Assembly: GCF_018977255.1 (NCBI RefSeq)
Contig: NW_024704743.1
Coordinates: 110,920,001-110,984,000, forward strand
Length of the DNA stretch: 64,000 nt
Source of the DNA: Callorhinchus milii
Lineage: Eukaryota
Direction: 5' to 3'
Each line of letters starts with the position of its first letter. Within the stretch, counting starts at the first letter, position 1. Both the position numbers and the translations under genes were made by a program. Shown piece by piece: positions 13,395 through 27,365 of the stretch. Below the pieces are notes generated by a model. That model made no database searches. It worked only from the letters and a program-made list of their open reading frames with translations, and was not told the origin of the DNA.

Positions 13395-13950
13395 CATAGA
13401 ATATATACAGCACAGGAGAAGCCATTGACCATCTTTTCTGTGCTGCTTCTGTCTCCTTCATTGGAGCTACCTTTTTCTATTCTCATTCTGACCCTTTCCC
13501 CATAACCTTGACAATAAGATTTCTCTTCAAGTAATTGCCCTATTCTCTTTTAAGTGCTATAAAGACTCAGCATTTTAAAATCGATTATGATAAAGTATTC
13601 CCCTAACAACACTTTGGATTAAAATATGTTTTTCTACTGATCAGTGAATATATTCTTTCCTATTTGCCCTATCAAAGCTGTTCATCATTTTCAAAGCCTA
13701 TATTTGATCTTCCCTGGCCTAAACCTCTTTTAAAACAGTTTCAACTCTCTCTATGTGACTATAACCTCTACCGGTATTATCTATTATTTATAATCTCAGT
13801 GAATCTTTACTATACCTTCTCCATAGCTGTGATGTACTTTCTATAATGGAGTGTCCAAAATTGGATGCAATATTACAAAACTGTAGTTAAACCAATCCTT
13901 TGGATCAGTTTAACATTACCTCTTTGCTCAGGTTTTCATGTCTCGAAATG
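13395..13950 (-). mobile_element. old CR1 3' fragment
   Basis: CATAGAA terminus and decayed reverse-strand similarity to the other CR1 pieces. Confidence 0.6.
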
Positions 13951-14114
13951 ATACATAGAATTCTATTTCCTATATTATGCTTTTATCTCCTGTCATTTTA
14001 AAATACATATATCTGTAGCTCCGGGTCCTCTGCTTCACTAAAAATACCATTTATCACAAAAGGTTCCTGCAGGAGCTAAAATAATCCTTCCATTTGATAT
14101 GACACCTATTATTG

Positions 14115-14530
14115 TGTCATCCTGGCTAATTGGTAGCACTCCCGGCTCTGAGTCAGAGGTTGTGGATTGAAGCCCCACATCAGGAACTCATATTTTGGGA
14201 TGTACTGCATTATCGGAGGTGCTGTCCTTCAGATGCAATGTTCAACCGAGGCCCCGTCTACCTGTTCAGGTAGACATTAAAGATCCCATGGGACTATTTG
14301 AAAAGAGGAGGAGGTGTCTCTCCGTGTCCTGGCCAACAATTCCCCCAAGTAAAATTGTTCATTTACTTTATGGCTGTTTGTAGGACATTGCTGTGCGCAT
14401 TGGCTGCAGCGTTTGTCCACAAAAAAACTCACATTTGTACCATTTTACAGTGTAAAGTAAATCTCTTTGGGATGTTCTTTCCATGTGAAAGGTGCTATAC
14501 TAAATCTAAGGAATATTATTTATTTATTTA
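14115..14530 (+). mobile_element. Deu-domain SINE (DeuSINE superfamily), near full length
   Basis: tRNA-like head, then GGAGGTGCTGTCCTTCAGATG...AACCGAGGCCCCGTCT...AAAGATCCCATGG...GTGTCCTGGCCAA (the Deu domain as I recall it from AmnSINE1/SacSINE1), then the shared L2-type tail. Confidence 0.85.
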
Positions 14531-15659
14531 TTAATGTCCAATTAGAATGGTGAAATCCCATTAGTTGCTCACATCATCAAAGGCGATATTTAAATCGCCG
14601 ACTGGAATTTCAGCCTAAAGGTTTGTAAACCACTAGAACATAAGATCCACACTTAACACTTGCAACTTACTTGGTGTTCACCTAGTCACCACTTCTGTAT
14701 TTATCTTTTCGTCCACAAAATATACAGGCATTTCACTTTACAGTATATTCTGTGAAGCACTTTGAGACATCCCCAAGATGTGATAAGGCACTATATCAAA
14801 TACAAGTTACAAGTTATTTTTTCTCCTGTTTCCATTGATATGGTTATCTATAGTCGTCTATAGCTATCTATAGTCATTTATATTCATCTAATATTTGTCT
14901 GTATTCTTCACACTATATGCCTTGGTTCTTCACCCAAGGTTCTCAATTGGAAAAACAATGTGTTTGCTTCATAGTGGGATATGTTGGGCTTGGATTAACC
15001 ATAGCAGGAATATCACAACATGTCATTACACTGTATTCATGAAGACAATATTATAACAGCCAACACCTCATAGTAACTAACCACATGCCGTTGTTTGAAC
15101 ACTGCACTGCATATTATTATGAACACATAGAAGGAATTATTTAATGAAAAGAAACTGATTCATATATTCAGTTGTTGGCCACTTGCCATCATTGTCATCC
15201 CACAAATTCAACCTCAAGAAAATATGTTTTTTCACCACAGAACTAACCTCATCATTATCACCTTTTCTCCTAATACTGACACAAGCCTAAACAATATGCA
15301 TATTTATTTATAGAACTTGGGCAAACATGAAACATATCTTCTATTCGATGCTTATTAAAACCTTGAGCTATTGTGTTAAAGCCAGTCAAATTTCAAATGC
15401 CTCAGATTCTTTTTGAATGGATATCCAATGACTCTGCTGAAATGATGTGGCAGGTCTGTCAGTTTAAAAGTTCCAGGGACCTAAAATGCTTTCGACTGAG
15501 TTTTATCCCAATATCATTGAAGCAGAAAAGGTTGAGAGGGGACCTGATAGAGATATATAAAGTATGCACAGTTTATACAGGTTGAATAGGGAGAAGTTAT
15601 TTCCACTAGTAGGAGGGGTGGGGGAGTAGTAACTAGAGGATATAGTTATAATAATAAAT

Positions 15660-16040
15660 AATAATAATCTTTGTATTTGATACAATGCATTTAACATTGG
15701 GAGGATGTCTTAAATCGCTTCACAGGATTTACTGTAAAGTGTACTGTGTATCTGTAGCAGCCAATTTTAACACAGCAATATCCCACAAACAGCCATGAAG
15801 TAAATGATCAATTTTATTTGGGAGATTGCTGGCCAGGATACCAGGAGAATTTCCCTGGACTTTTCATTGGGTCTTTAACACCCACTTGAAAAGGCAGATG
15901 GGACCTCGGTTTACATCACAACGGAATGACAGCACCTCCGAAAATGCAGCACTTCCCCAGGACTGGACTAGAGTGCCAGGTTAGCCTGTGAGCTTAAAGT
16001 CCTGGTGTGGAGTTTGAACTCACAACCTTCTGACTCAGGC
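15660..16040 (-). mobile_element. Deu-domain SINE, near full length
   Basis: Reverse-complement match to 14115-14530. Confidence 0.8.
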
Positions 16041-17421
16041 CCGAGACCAGGTTTTATTGAGTCGTCTCAGTTTACTCATAGTTCCCTTGATTACCAGAAC
16101 TTTCCATTTAGAAACATGAAACCCCCATCACTAGTCTGCTGGAGTGTAACGGAATTCTTGCGTTGGATACAATAGTGTCACCTCACATGTATTAATTGCC
16201 TCGATGCATTTAATCAATGGAAAGATAAGGATCCAGGACAATTTTTTCAATTGGACCTGTCGGCTATTAAGGTGACGTGGCACCTTACAAAATAATAGTC
16301 CTCTTCATGTAATTATAAGCTATTTCTTTAAACTACTTGTATTTATGTGGGGCTGTTATCTTTTCCTTTGTTTTCCACTGTAGTTTTGTGCCACTTGATT
16401 GCCGTTCATTTACAATCCTGACAGCAACTGTGGAGTTTTGTGTCAATTCTTCAGACATCTTTTGGACAGTGTCACATAACTGAATATTGCGAGTTGAAAC
16501 TGATTGACTAATTTTATCTGGGGGATTGTTAGTTAGAACACAGAGAAACCCTCTTTATCAGAATTGAGTCAAACTTCTGTGGCGGTCTTGAAGGGCTGGT
16601 TCCTGAAGTAGACGGATAAGGATGTGAGGATTATTATTATTGTGTTCGACTATTACAACATGTTTTGAAATCCCTTCTCACGCTGACAAATCTTGGAGCC
16701 ACAGTTTTGGATTACTCCTCCTCTGTGGTGCTCCTCTGTGGGATGCTGATTTATTTTAGTCATTGTACTGTAAAGCACCATTGAAAAGTCACATTCTTGG
16801 ACCCCAAACTTCAACTCTTAATCCAGTGATAGAACCACTCCTTCCAAGACATTTCATTGCATGTTTGTATCTTATTATTAATCACATACCTTAAGACATA
16901 AGATTAAAAATAATTGAATTGGCTCATGTGATAGTGTTCTTAAATTGCTTCAACATATGAGGCTAATTCTTGACGAACCCATGACAGTATTCTAATCCTC
17001 CAGGGCATACAGATTCAAGATAATTACAAAAAGAACTCGAAGGAAAGGTTAGATAATACTGTATTTTTTACACGAAGGGTGATTGGAATGTTGAATTCTC
17101 TGCTACAAACCATTTTCAAGAGGGGCCATAAAATGATATAGATAGATACCTGAAAAAGATTTAAAGAAAGGTTTTATTATTTAATGATTGTTCATTCACC
17201 TCATGGTTCATTATGGCATTGTGTTGGTAGAAATGACTGTGATGCTTGTCTATGAAATAGTCAGTACACGTTTTTGGGAGCTACCTGTATAGATCTTTAA
17301 TATATTTGGATGTATGATAATGGAATTGTTGCATTTGAATCGAATCAATCCTCAGTGGTGGTCTTGGTAGTTCAGTTCCTCAGCCAGGCAGGTCTGCGGT
17401 ACTTCTGAACACTGCTGATGG

Positions 17422-17920
17422 ATTGCTGGGTTTTATACACAGGGGCATAGAGTTTAAAAGTAAAGAAGTTGTGCTAAGTTTGTATAAATCATTGGTTGAG
17501 CTGCAACTGGAGTATAGTGTCCAGTTCTGGGCACCTCACTTCAGAAAAAATGTTCTGGCCTTGGACGGGGTGCAGAGGAGGTTTACAAGATTGAGGTGTA
17601 CAAAATCATGAGGGGTTTTGTTAGGGTAACTAGAGAGAAGTTATTTCCACTGATTGGGGAGTCAATAACTAAAGGACATAGTTACAAGATAGCCACAAGA
17701 AGAGAGAACAGAGAATGTGGGAGGAATTTTTTTACCAGAGAGTAGTTTGGGTGTGGAACGCCTTGCCAAGTAGAATCACGGAGGCAGAATCCATTACAAC
17801 TTTCAACAGGGAAATAGACAGGCATAGGAAAGAGAGGGCTTGAAGGGGTATGGGAACAAAGTGGGACAGTGGGCTTGATGGGCCAAATGGCCTCCTTGCT
17901 CGCTGTGGGTTTCTATGTTT
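17422..17920 (+). mobile_element. CR1 LINE ORF2 C-terminal fragment and 3'UTR
   Basis: The peptide LGFIHRGIEFKSKEVVLSLYKSLV..QLEYSVQFWAPH...VQRRFTR is typical CR1. Ends TTTCTATGTTTC. Confidence 0.9.
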
Positions 17921-19199
17921 CTCATAAGTGACTGGCAACTGGTGGCTGGAATTGCTTACTTGGTTTGGTACCCACTTGGGAGCTACACTTACATGACTGT
18001 ACGAGATGATATTTTTGAAAAATATAGAATTTCTAACTCATCTGGCGCAAAACACAAAGTCTCGCAACTATACAGAACTATAATCCATAGAAGCAAAGAA
18101 CTAAACATCACAATGTCCAAAGGCATGTGCAACAGCCTTATTCTTCAGAGAAGCCTCAAGGCAGCAAAGCCACAATATATTAATACAAACACCATCTGCA
18201 GTGCATTTTCTCAGAGCATAGGAAATTAACTGAAGTCAAATGGCATTAAGTAGTGAATATTCCCTTGAGCTACTTTATAAATATGTAGAAACCAAATTTG
18301 AAAAGACAGGAAAACGTTAATAAGATTATAGTTAATTACAGAGGAAAAGAACTTTACCTAAATTACCTCCAACCATGAAGTTGACGGTGCGCTAACCCCA
18401 AACCTAATACCATTTAAACATGATCAAAGTCCTCACCATGAAGTAAAAATTGTGTTATCCTATTTGAAGTAAGGGAATTTGACCCTCCCAGCTAGGTACT
18501 GATGCACACATGAAAGAGAAGGCAATGTGCTGCTGGCAGCTCTAAATCAGGGTGACAGTGCACAAACAGCCAGGCAACTTCCATCAGGTAACTTCAGTGT
18601 TAAACTGCTGGAAAAACAATCCACAAAACATTCCCTACAATTTATTGTGTTTTTTTGACAACACAGACCTCTCATTCTACTTCAGCTCCCAACCCAGCAC
18701 GAAATGCAGCAAAACCTCTGCACAAATTCTAATGCATCCTGCGCCTTCACAAACATTTTCCTACAATTCACCTTAAAAGCTGTTCTATTTCCAAGCGCCA
18801 CCTAGTGGGAAATTTATCCACTAAGGAAGCACTGTGATTTCTCTCTATGGCATGTTACCTACCAGTACAGTTGTTTGAACAACTTGAGTTAAAATGCTAT
18901 CAGTCTGACAACATTGTGCCTGGTGGAAGTCACTGTGTTAACTTCCCTGTTATGAACTCCTGGCCTTTACGAAAGCCCGCTCTGAGTTTTGTGTTCTTTG
19001 TTCCAGGCAGTTACTGGTATCTACAATTATATAAGGCTGACTCTCGTTTCTTCAGTACAATGATGTGTGGTAGAATTCTCTGATCTGAAGCTGCTATAGA
19101 TATTTGGGCCCGACTGGTCTAAATTATTTGGAACATTTTTTTCCATTTGCATTACCTGGGACAATCTTGTGAAGTGTCCTTGTCCCTCGAATATTCTGC

Positions 19200-19450
19200 T
19201 CCATCATCGGCAGCCGTGCCTTCAGCCACTACGCCCCGAGGCTATGGAACTCCCCCCCACCCCCCCAATCCCTTCACCTTGCCCCCTCTTTCCCCGTTTT
19301 CAGGTTACGCCTGAAGACCTTCCTCTTCGACCGTGCCTATGGTCACCCTCCCCCGGCTCAGCATCGGGCTCCGCCATTGTTAAGCACTCTGAGATGCCGC
19401 CCAGTGTGGAGAGTGCTATACAAATGCAAGTTGTCGTTCTTGTTGTTGTT
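19200..19450 (+). mobile_element. L2 3' fragment, older subfamily
   Basis: GCCTTCAGCCAC...GAAGACCTTCCTCTTCGACCGTGCC, ending AAATGCAAGTTG...TTGTTG. Confidence 0.75.
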
Positions 19451-20334
19451 TCCAACCATTGTTTCATGTAGTTTAATTACAGAGTCTAGGCTTTTGACTC
19501 CTATAAGTTAATGCCTATATACATAGGGTTGCCACCTTATGCATTGGAGAAAACACAATGCTAAAAGGGGTATGGTGTAGTGGATTGGAAGGTAAATTAT
19601 AAAGCAAACCCCTACATTCCTTGCTGTTTTTAGCCTTTGCTGCCTTTTCCACTAGTCACACATGTTAAGCCGCTCTTATTTTGGCTATTTTCCTCTAACC
19701 CACAACACATATCGTTGACTCCTTCTACCAATTTGTACCCCTCAGTCATCTGTCACAGTCGGTAAAAGTTAGCGTTTTTTTTGTCTTGTCAATAAAGAAA
19801 AGTTTCTCAAAGACAGTAAAGTTTATTGTCTGTCTTTTCCTTGGAACTCAGTCCCATAGTGTCGGTGGTTGGAATGTTATGATAAGACTGAGACATTTCT
19901 TCTCAGAAATAGAATTTCAATGAAAAGCCTGGGCTGAACTTGTGTTATATAGGTGAAAACTGATGTGCGAGGCTGAGCGAGATGAATCAGGGGGGACAAG
20001 TAGCTGGAGGTTTAAATAATGCAAATTCCCTACTTTCAAATTGTGATCAAACTCAAACTGCACGGTTGAGAAAAACAGCCACAGAGTATACCAGGAGAAA
20101 GAATGAGAAATAAGCCAGGGAGAGCAAGTGACAAAAAGATCAAAGACAAGAAAGATATTTTAAAAGTATAAAAAAAACTAAGGCAGCTAATTTGCACACA
20201 GCCATGTCCCATACACAACAACTTGCTTTTATATAACGCTCTTCATATAGAATAATATCTCGCTTTACGGTGGTGGGGTCGGATGCCGAACAAGGGAGAA
20301 GGGGGAGGTGACCCATAGACGCAATCAAAGAGGT

Positions 20335-21035
20335 AGAACAGCAACAACAGCAACAAAATTGCATTTGTAAAGTGCTTTTCATGTCGGGAGGACATCCCAA
20401 GGCGCTGGACAATCAGTGTTTTAGGCCTTAGTTAGGGGTCGGGATCGGGGAGGGTTGAGGGCGGGGGGGAAGCAGGGTGATCGAAAGCACGGTCAAAGAG
20501 AAGGGTTTTGAGATGGTCTTGTAGGAGGCAAGGAAGGGACAAGACGGAGGTACTGTGGGATGGAGTTCCAGAGGGTAGGAGCAGAGTGGCAGAAGACCCG
20601 CCTGCCAATGGTGGGGCGGGTGAGGTGGGGGACTTGAAGCAGGCTGGAGCCCGCTGAGCAGAGGGAGTGGGCAGGATGGTAGTGTGTTAGGAGGAGGTAG
20701 GGGGGAGTAGGGCCATAAAGGGCTTTGAAAGTGAAGACCAGGATCTTGAACTGTATCCTCTGTGTGATGGGAAGCCAGTGGAATCGGGCGAGGATGCTAA
20801 TGATAGGGTCACAAAGCCTGGTGTGGGAGAGGACACAGGCTGCAGAATTCTGGATGATCTGCAGCCTATGGAAGAAGGAGTTGGGGAGGCTGACAAGCAA
20901 TGAGTTTGCATAGTCAAGCCTGGATGTTATGAATGTGTGTATGAGGGTTTTGGCAGCTTGCGGTGTGAGACAATGGCGGAGCTGGGCAATGTTGTGGAGG
21001 TGTGGGAAGGCAGAGCGGGTCATGGCACAGAGGTA
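20335..21035 (-). mobile_element. L2 LINE 3' fragment
   Basis: The peptide LIHTFITSRLDYANSLL...LQIIQNSAA...HWLPITQRIQFKIL is the L2 ORF2 C-terminus. (CAA)n tail at the left end. Confidence 0.92.
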
Positions 21036-22447
21036 GGTTTTAAACTGGAATTTCAAACAGATAGAGGGGGTGAGGTAGAGGGATAGAGGCAAGGAGTTCC
21101 AGATGCTTGTTCACTGATGGTAGTGCAGAGGGAGCGGGATGAGCAGCATGCCTGAGGTAGCTGAGCGCATGTGCCAGTGAGCAGTGGAATGGAATACAAG
21201 AAGACCAGAGAAATAGGAAGGTCCTGAGATGTGAAGGGATTTTACGTGACTTTGAAGTCGATCCATTGTAGAGGAACCTGAAGCATAAAAGAATCACATA
21301 TTTCACTGACACTGACCCAACTGATCACAATACCACAGAATCTTAGGATTACTTGTCTTGCAGAAAAAGCTCACAATATAAAAACAAAACTACAGCACAG
21401 CAAGACAAAATGTTAAGAGTAGGACGACAGACATTTGCATTGAAAATCAATTAGTTTTATGGAGAGGAGTACATCAACTGAGCAATAAAGGAGATTGCCA
21501 GTGCTGCAGAAGTTTATGAACACGTGTTGGGATGATGCAATTCTTGGGCAATGTTAAATATTAACAACCATCTTCCATCTGATTGCAATTTTGCCTTTGG
21601 CTCTCTCTCTCTCTATATATATAGTATCTGTATCTGCATTTCCTTTGCACTTTCGCAGCCGAAGCTTAATATTCTGTTAAAATTATGGAAATGGTTTCAG
21701 ATGCAAAATCTTTGGCAGCTCATGTTATCTGGTAGCTGAAATAGATTTAGGCTCCAGTGCCACCAAGAATTGTCTTTATGTTTTGTAAGGTGCTCCAATA
21801 AATGCTCAAAATAATACAATGTAGATGAGATTTCTTCCCCTTGGCCCTTGCAATTTATTATTTTAATGGAGAAACCTGGTTCCTAGAAGCACAGAGGTAC
21901 TTTGTAATTCAACCACTGATAACATTTATAAAGCGCAAGATCTTTTCTTTTGCAGTTTGACATATGATTATAATAATATCTTGCATTTCATAAAAACACT
22001 TTACAAAATATAATGAATTAAAATGAAATTGGTGCTATTTTATTAGTAAACTAATGTATTTTTTTTCTGGTTGTTGTTGTAATCACAGCAGCTATTCTGT
22101 GCCAGGCAATTAATTTGGGATTTGGAAGTAAATTTGGATTAAGAGGGGATTGTAAACCAAGATAATAACTGGGAGAAAGATTCCATGTTTCTTTGAAACA
22201 GCAATGGTATAGTGAGTCCCTTACATCCACCTGAATCACAAGACAAGCAGAACCTAAAAGTAACATAATCAATGAATGGGATGATGATCTGGATATCAAT
22301 AAAATCATATACTGTTACAGTCTATATAATGTAGAATGTTGATGTTTAGCAAACATTATTTGATTGTGTCAATCCCTCAATCTCATTTGGTCACTTCTTA
22401 CTCTAGATTTACCAAATAATCCTTGCAATTTTGTATAGTACCTTTCA

Positions 22448-22840
22448 CTACAACAACAACAAAATTGCATTTGTAAAGCGCTTTTCACGTCGGGAGGACA
22501 TCCCAAGGTGCTGGACAGACAGAGTTACGGACCCGAGCTGGGGGTCGGGGAAGGTGGAGAGCGAGAGAGAAGCAGGGAGATCGAACGCATGATCGAAGAG
22601 GAGGGTCTTGGGATGGGTCTTGAAGGTCATGAGGGGGCAAGGCAGAGGGACGTAGGGATGGAGTTTCAGATGGAAGGCCCGCCCGCCAATAGTGGGGAAA
22701 GCGAGGTGGGGCCATGAAGCAGGCCAGAGCCCGCTGAGCGGAGGGAGCGAGCAGGATGGTAGGGGGTTAGGAGGTAGCAGATATAGCGGGGAGCAAGACC
22801 GTGGGGGGCTTTGAAGGATCTTGAACTGCATGTTCTGTGT
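22448..22840 (-). mobile_element. L2 3' fragment nested in a SINE tail
   Basis: L2 tail and 3'UTR. The flanking sequences at 22415-22447 and 22855-22920 continue a SINE tail. Confidence 0.85.
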
Positions 22841-23371
22841 CACTAGTGTGAAATGGGACGCCACAAAGCACTTCACAGGATTTTATTCAAAGTATTATGT
22901 GTATTTTGTTAGGCAAACGTAACAAAATCAATTCTTTTTGTAATAAACTCGATCCCCAGCTTCTTCAAAAATATGCTCCATATTCTTTTCAATATGCAAT
23001 GTCTAAAAATATACATGGGACAAAAGTGAAGTCGTTCTAAAAGTAACTTGTTCTTTAATTATTGGTAGCGATAATTAAAAAATGGTACAGAAAGAGGTTA
23101 ATATGACCTTCAAACCTGTCCTTAATGACAGATTTGTGAGTAACACCCCTCCTCCCCCTTTAGGGATAATGTTTCCTTTTGAGCTTTGTCAAGAGTTGAA
23201 TCCCCACTATTGTTGATTTTTAATGCAATATTAGTAAAGGACTTTTTTTGGACAGGATATTAAACCGTCTGCCTGTTCAGGTGGATGTTAAAGATCCCGT
23301 GGCAGCTTTCAAAAAGAAAAAGGTTGTTTTTCCTGGTATCCTTGGCCTACAATCCCCCAGATAAAATTAGT

Positions 23372-24095
23372 GGTGGGGAAAGGCAGAGTGGGTCATGGCA
23401 CAGATGTGGGGTATGAAGGACAGTTGAGGGTCGAACAGGGCGTCGAGATTCCGTATTGGCTCCGTGAAATGTAGATCATCCATGGAGGGAGATGTTGTCA
23501 GGGCCCAATGTAATGGGGTTGCTGACGGGAGCCAAGTCATAGAGCCTCAGTCTTGTTGATATTCAACTGCAGGAAGTCAGTTCTCATTCAGGACTTGATG
23601 TCCAACAAGCAGTCTGTGAGGACAGCACTGGTCCTGGAATCAAGGGTGGAGGCAGAGAGATAGAATTGGGTGTTCATCCATATACATGTGGAAGTTGACC
23701 CCATGTTCGCGGATGATGTCACCAAGAGGGAACATATACATATTGAAAAGGAGAGGGCCAAGGACAGAGCCCCGAGGAAAACCACACGTGATGGTGCGGG
23801 GGCTGGAGGAGAAGCTTCTAGTAGCGACAAAGGGGAGACGATGGGATCGGGAGGATTCGAACCAGGCAAGGGCAGGTCCGTGGAGGTTGAGCTGAGAGGA
23901 GAGGCGGTGTAGGAGGATAGAATGGTCGACAGTGTTGAATGCAGCAGAGAGGTCGAGGAGGACAAACTGGTAGAGAGGGCTCTGGTTGCAGATGTTCAAA
24001 AAGACATTAATGACTTTGACCAGGGCTGTTTCCGTGCTGCGGGCAGCACAGAAAACCGATTGGAGGGGTGGGAGAGGAAAGAGCTCAATGCTGCA
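23372..24095 (-). mobile_element. L2 reverse-transcriptase internal fragment
   Basis: [25 protein letters not shown] and a decayed YADD (HMYMDE) motif. Confidence 0.9.
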
Positions 24096-24588
24096 ACATT
24101 GCCCGGCTCCGGCACTGTCTCACACCATAGACCGCTGAGACCGTCATACACACATTCAAAATAAAACTTTGGGGGGTAATGTTTGTGTGAAGTTGCTGTC
24201 TTGGACCTATGTGCTATACAAAAGTAATGTTGTTGTTGTGTAAAGTGCCCAACCAAATTTGTGAGCTGCACTGACCTTCAAACCCAAATAAAACATAACA
24301 GGGCCGCATTTAATACCCTTGTTGGACCTAAATACAGTATTCAAATACAAGAAATATAGCACTCAGAATTGGCAAATATGTTAGCTGACTACAGACTGGA
24401 AGACTCCAGCAAACTATAGTCAATTTGAGATAATAGCATGTCAGAACCAAGCATAAAATAACAATGTACCAAACCATGTCATATACACTCAATTTGTATA
24501 GATTTCCTGATCCAAGCGTCACATTTAAGTAAAAAACGTATGCCACTATAATGAATCCCTCATTATAAACGTTTCTGTACTAAATCTC

Positions 24589-25455
24589 AGCAACAACAAC
24601 AACAACAAGATTCCATTTATAAAGTGCCTTTCACGTCAGGAGGACGTCCCAAGGCGCTGCACAGTTGGGTCATGACCCGAGCAGGGGGGAAATGGTCAGG
24701 GTGAGGGGAGGGAAGGGAGGGAGCGAGGAGGGGGGAAATGGTCAGGGTGAGGGGAGGGAAGGGAGGGAGCAAGGAGGGGGAAATGGTCAGGGTGAGGGGA
24801 GGGAAGGGAGGGAGCGAGGAGGGGGAAGAGAGTCGAGAGGGGAGCTGAAGGCACGGTCAAAGAGAAAGATTTTGAGACCGGCCTTGAAGGAGAAAAGGGA
24901 GGAAGCAAGGCGAAGGCACTGGGGGATGGAGTTCCAGAGCCTGGGGGCTGAGAGGCTGAAGGCCCGACCACCGATGGTAGGGCGGTTGGGGCGGGGGACG
25001 TGGAGCAGACCAGAGCCAGAGGAACGGAGGGTACGGGCAGGTAGGTAGGGGGATAGTAGGTTGGAGAGGTAGGAGGGAGCAAGGCCGTGAATGGCCTTGT
25101 AGGTGAGGATGAGGATCTTGAAATCGATCCTCTGGGGGATGGGGAGCCAGTGGAGGCGAGCGAGGGTGGGAGTGATGTGGTCCCGAAGCCTGGTGCGGGA
25201 CAGTACACGAGCTGCAGAGTTCTGAATGACCTGCAGCTTGTGGAGGGAGGTGGCGGGAAGGCCGGCGAGGAGAGAGTTCCCATAGTCCAGCCTTGAGGTG
25301 ACAAAGGCGATGTTCCGGAGGTGATGGAAGGCGGTGCCAGTTGTGGTGCGGATGTGAGGGAGAAAGGACAGCTCAGGGTGGAACAAAACGCCGAGGTTCC
25401 TGACTGGCTTTGAGAGGTGGAGAGTGCAGCCTTGGATGCTGATGGTGTCAGCACA
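24589..25455 (-). mobile_element. young L2 3' fragment with open ORF2 C-terminus
   Basis: Stop-free frame (ORF 24787-25473), a triplicated ~46-nt 3'UTR unit, stem-loop and (CAA)n tail. Confidence 0.95.
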
Positions 25456-25744
25456 CAAATGCATCCAGCCCACAAATTATACCTGGAACAAGCAATATAG
25501 TTTGGATGGCTATCTACCTTTATGTAAAATATAATTTTCTGAGGGGTATTTTTGTTCTGTTCAGATTAAATTGCTGAGTGTGGACTGAGCCAAAGTAGAA
25601 ATATCTGTCAATTGCATATTTATATCATGCTCTCATTGAAATTGATCCAATTTTACGATTTATTGGCGGATTAGATCTGTGCAGGGTAACAATAAATCAA
25701 GAACCTTTCTTCATCTTCATTTAGAAAAAAAATGGAAAATATGT

Positions 25745-26010
25745 CATCATTAGATGAGATATTAAAAACGAGGTCGTGATTGCCTGTTCAGGCAAATGTT
25801 AAAGATCCTATTATGCTATTCGAAAAGAGAAAGGAGTTTCTCCCAGTGTACTGCCAAACAATCCCTCAGATAAAATTGGTCATTCACTTCATGGTTGTTT
25901 GTGGTACATTACTGTGTGCAAATTGCCTGCTGCGTTCACTTACAAATACAGTCATTAGACTCTAAAGTAAACCCTAAAAGTGTTATAATCAAATGCATAG
26001 ATTATGCATT
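25745..26010 (+). mobile_element. Deu-domain SINE fragment
   Basis: GATGAGATATTAAAAACGAGG...GTTAAAGATCC... followed by the shared tail. Confidence 0.7.
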
Positions 26011-27149
26011 ATTAAATCAAAATTATGGCTAAAAATAGTTTGTTGGAAAACGTGATGCAACATACTTTAAATCTCTGTTATTATGTTCAGCATTCATTGT
26101 TCAGACTAATCCTGTGCCTGCAGTTTATGTGCAGCAAGTTTAGATCAAATTTAGTGGTCGAGATATGGGCAAATTGTACAACAACAACTTGTATTTATAT
26201 AGTGCCCTTAACTTCGGACGGCGTCTCTGAGCACTTACAAAATCGGATACTATCAAAATATGGGTAATTGAAAAAATATTACTGAATAGTCCTAAACTTG
26301 ACATATGGCCAGAAGAATAATTCTGATCTCCATATTTCAGGTAACACATGTTACTTCACTCACATGATTCTTCACTCACACAAGTTGTTTGTTTTTTCAC
26401 ATCCTGATCCAAGTAGTTACAGCCTGTTTGCAGAAATGCAGACCAATCTGAACAATCTGATTTTCACATCCTGCTATTTCATCAATTTAATTTTCTGCCT
26501 TATATTTTGTATAATATTGTAATTAAACCACATTATATTATAGTATACAGCAACAACAGCAAAGGTCAATGCATACATGAGGGAGAAGGGAATAATAGGG
26601 ATTTAGAAGGGAGGATTAGGGTGGGTGGTGGCTCATGTGGAATATAAACACCAGCACAGACTATTTGGCTAAGTGTTTCCGTGCTGCTACAGTCCACGTA
26701 ATTCTATGTAGTTTATAGATGTTTCTTGAACTTAGATTACAGTCTCACTCTCTGCAATCTTCTGCTTTTTATATAGAAATTGACTCCACTTAGGAAACAC
26801 CTAACAGAATAAACACTTTTGACATGAAAAAAGTTATTTTGATTTCTACGGACATTATCTACATACATTACAATCACACGAGCTAAAGCATTAATTTCTA
26901 ACTAATCTTTTTTTAGAAGATTAAAGATTTATCAAGTTGTTGAGATGTCTTAAAGCACTTCACAAAATATAATGTAAAGTGAATTGACTATATATTTTGT
27001 TGCTGAAACGCAGTGGCCAATTATGCATAGCAGGGTTTGAGCAAGTAAAAATCATAACACTACAAAACACTTCATTCCTTCAAAACAATAGCAAAACTGA
27101 TGACAAAAGTCTTGCTGTGAATTCTGCTATGTGTAATGACCCCACCCTC

Positions 27150-27365
27150 TGAAACTTCATCTCAGTCCCTCCGACTTGCCCCTCCATTGGTCTCAAGACC
27201 CTCCTCTTCGACCGTGCCTTCGGGCACCCTTCTACCCCTACCCACCCCGCCCTCCACCCTTCCTGATCTCAACCACCAGCTCACGTGCGGATCCCTAATT
27301 GTCCAGCACCTTGGGATATTCTCCTGACATGAAAGGCGCTATAGAAATGTAATTCATTGTTGTTG
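27150..27365 (+). mobile_element. L2 3' fragment
   Basis: CTCAAGACCCTCCTCTTCGACCGTGCC followed by the L2 tail. Confidence 0.8.

Noticed and set aside
19524..19540. TAGGGTTGCCA hAT-like terminus
   Set aside because: I found no matching opposite TIR or TSD.
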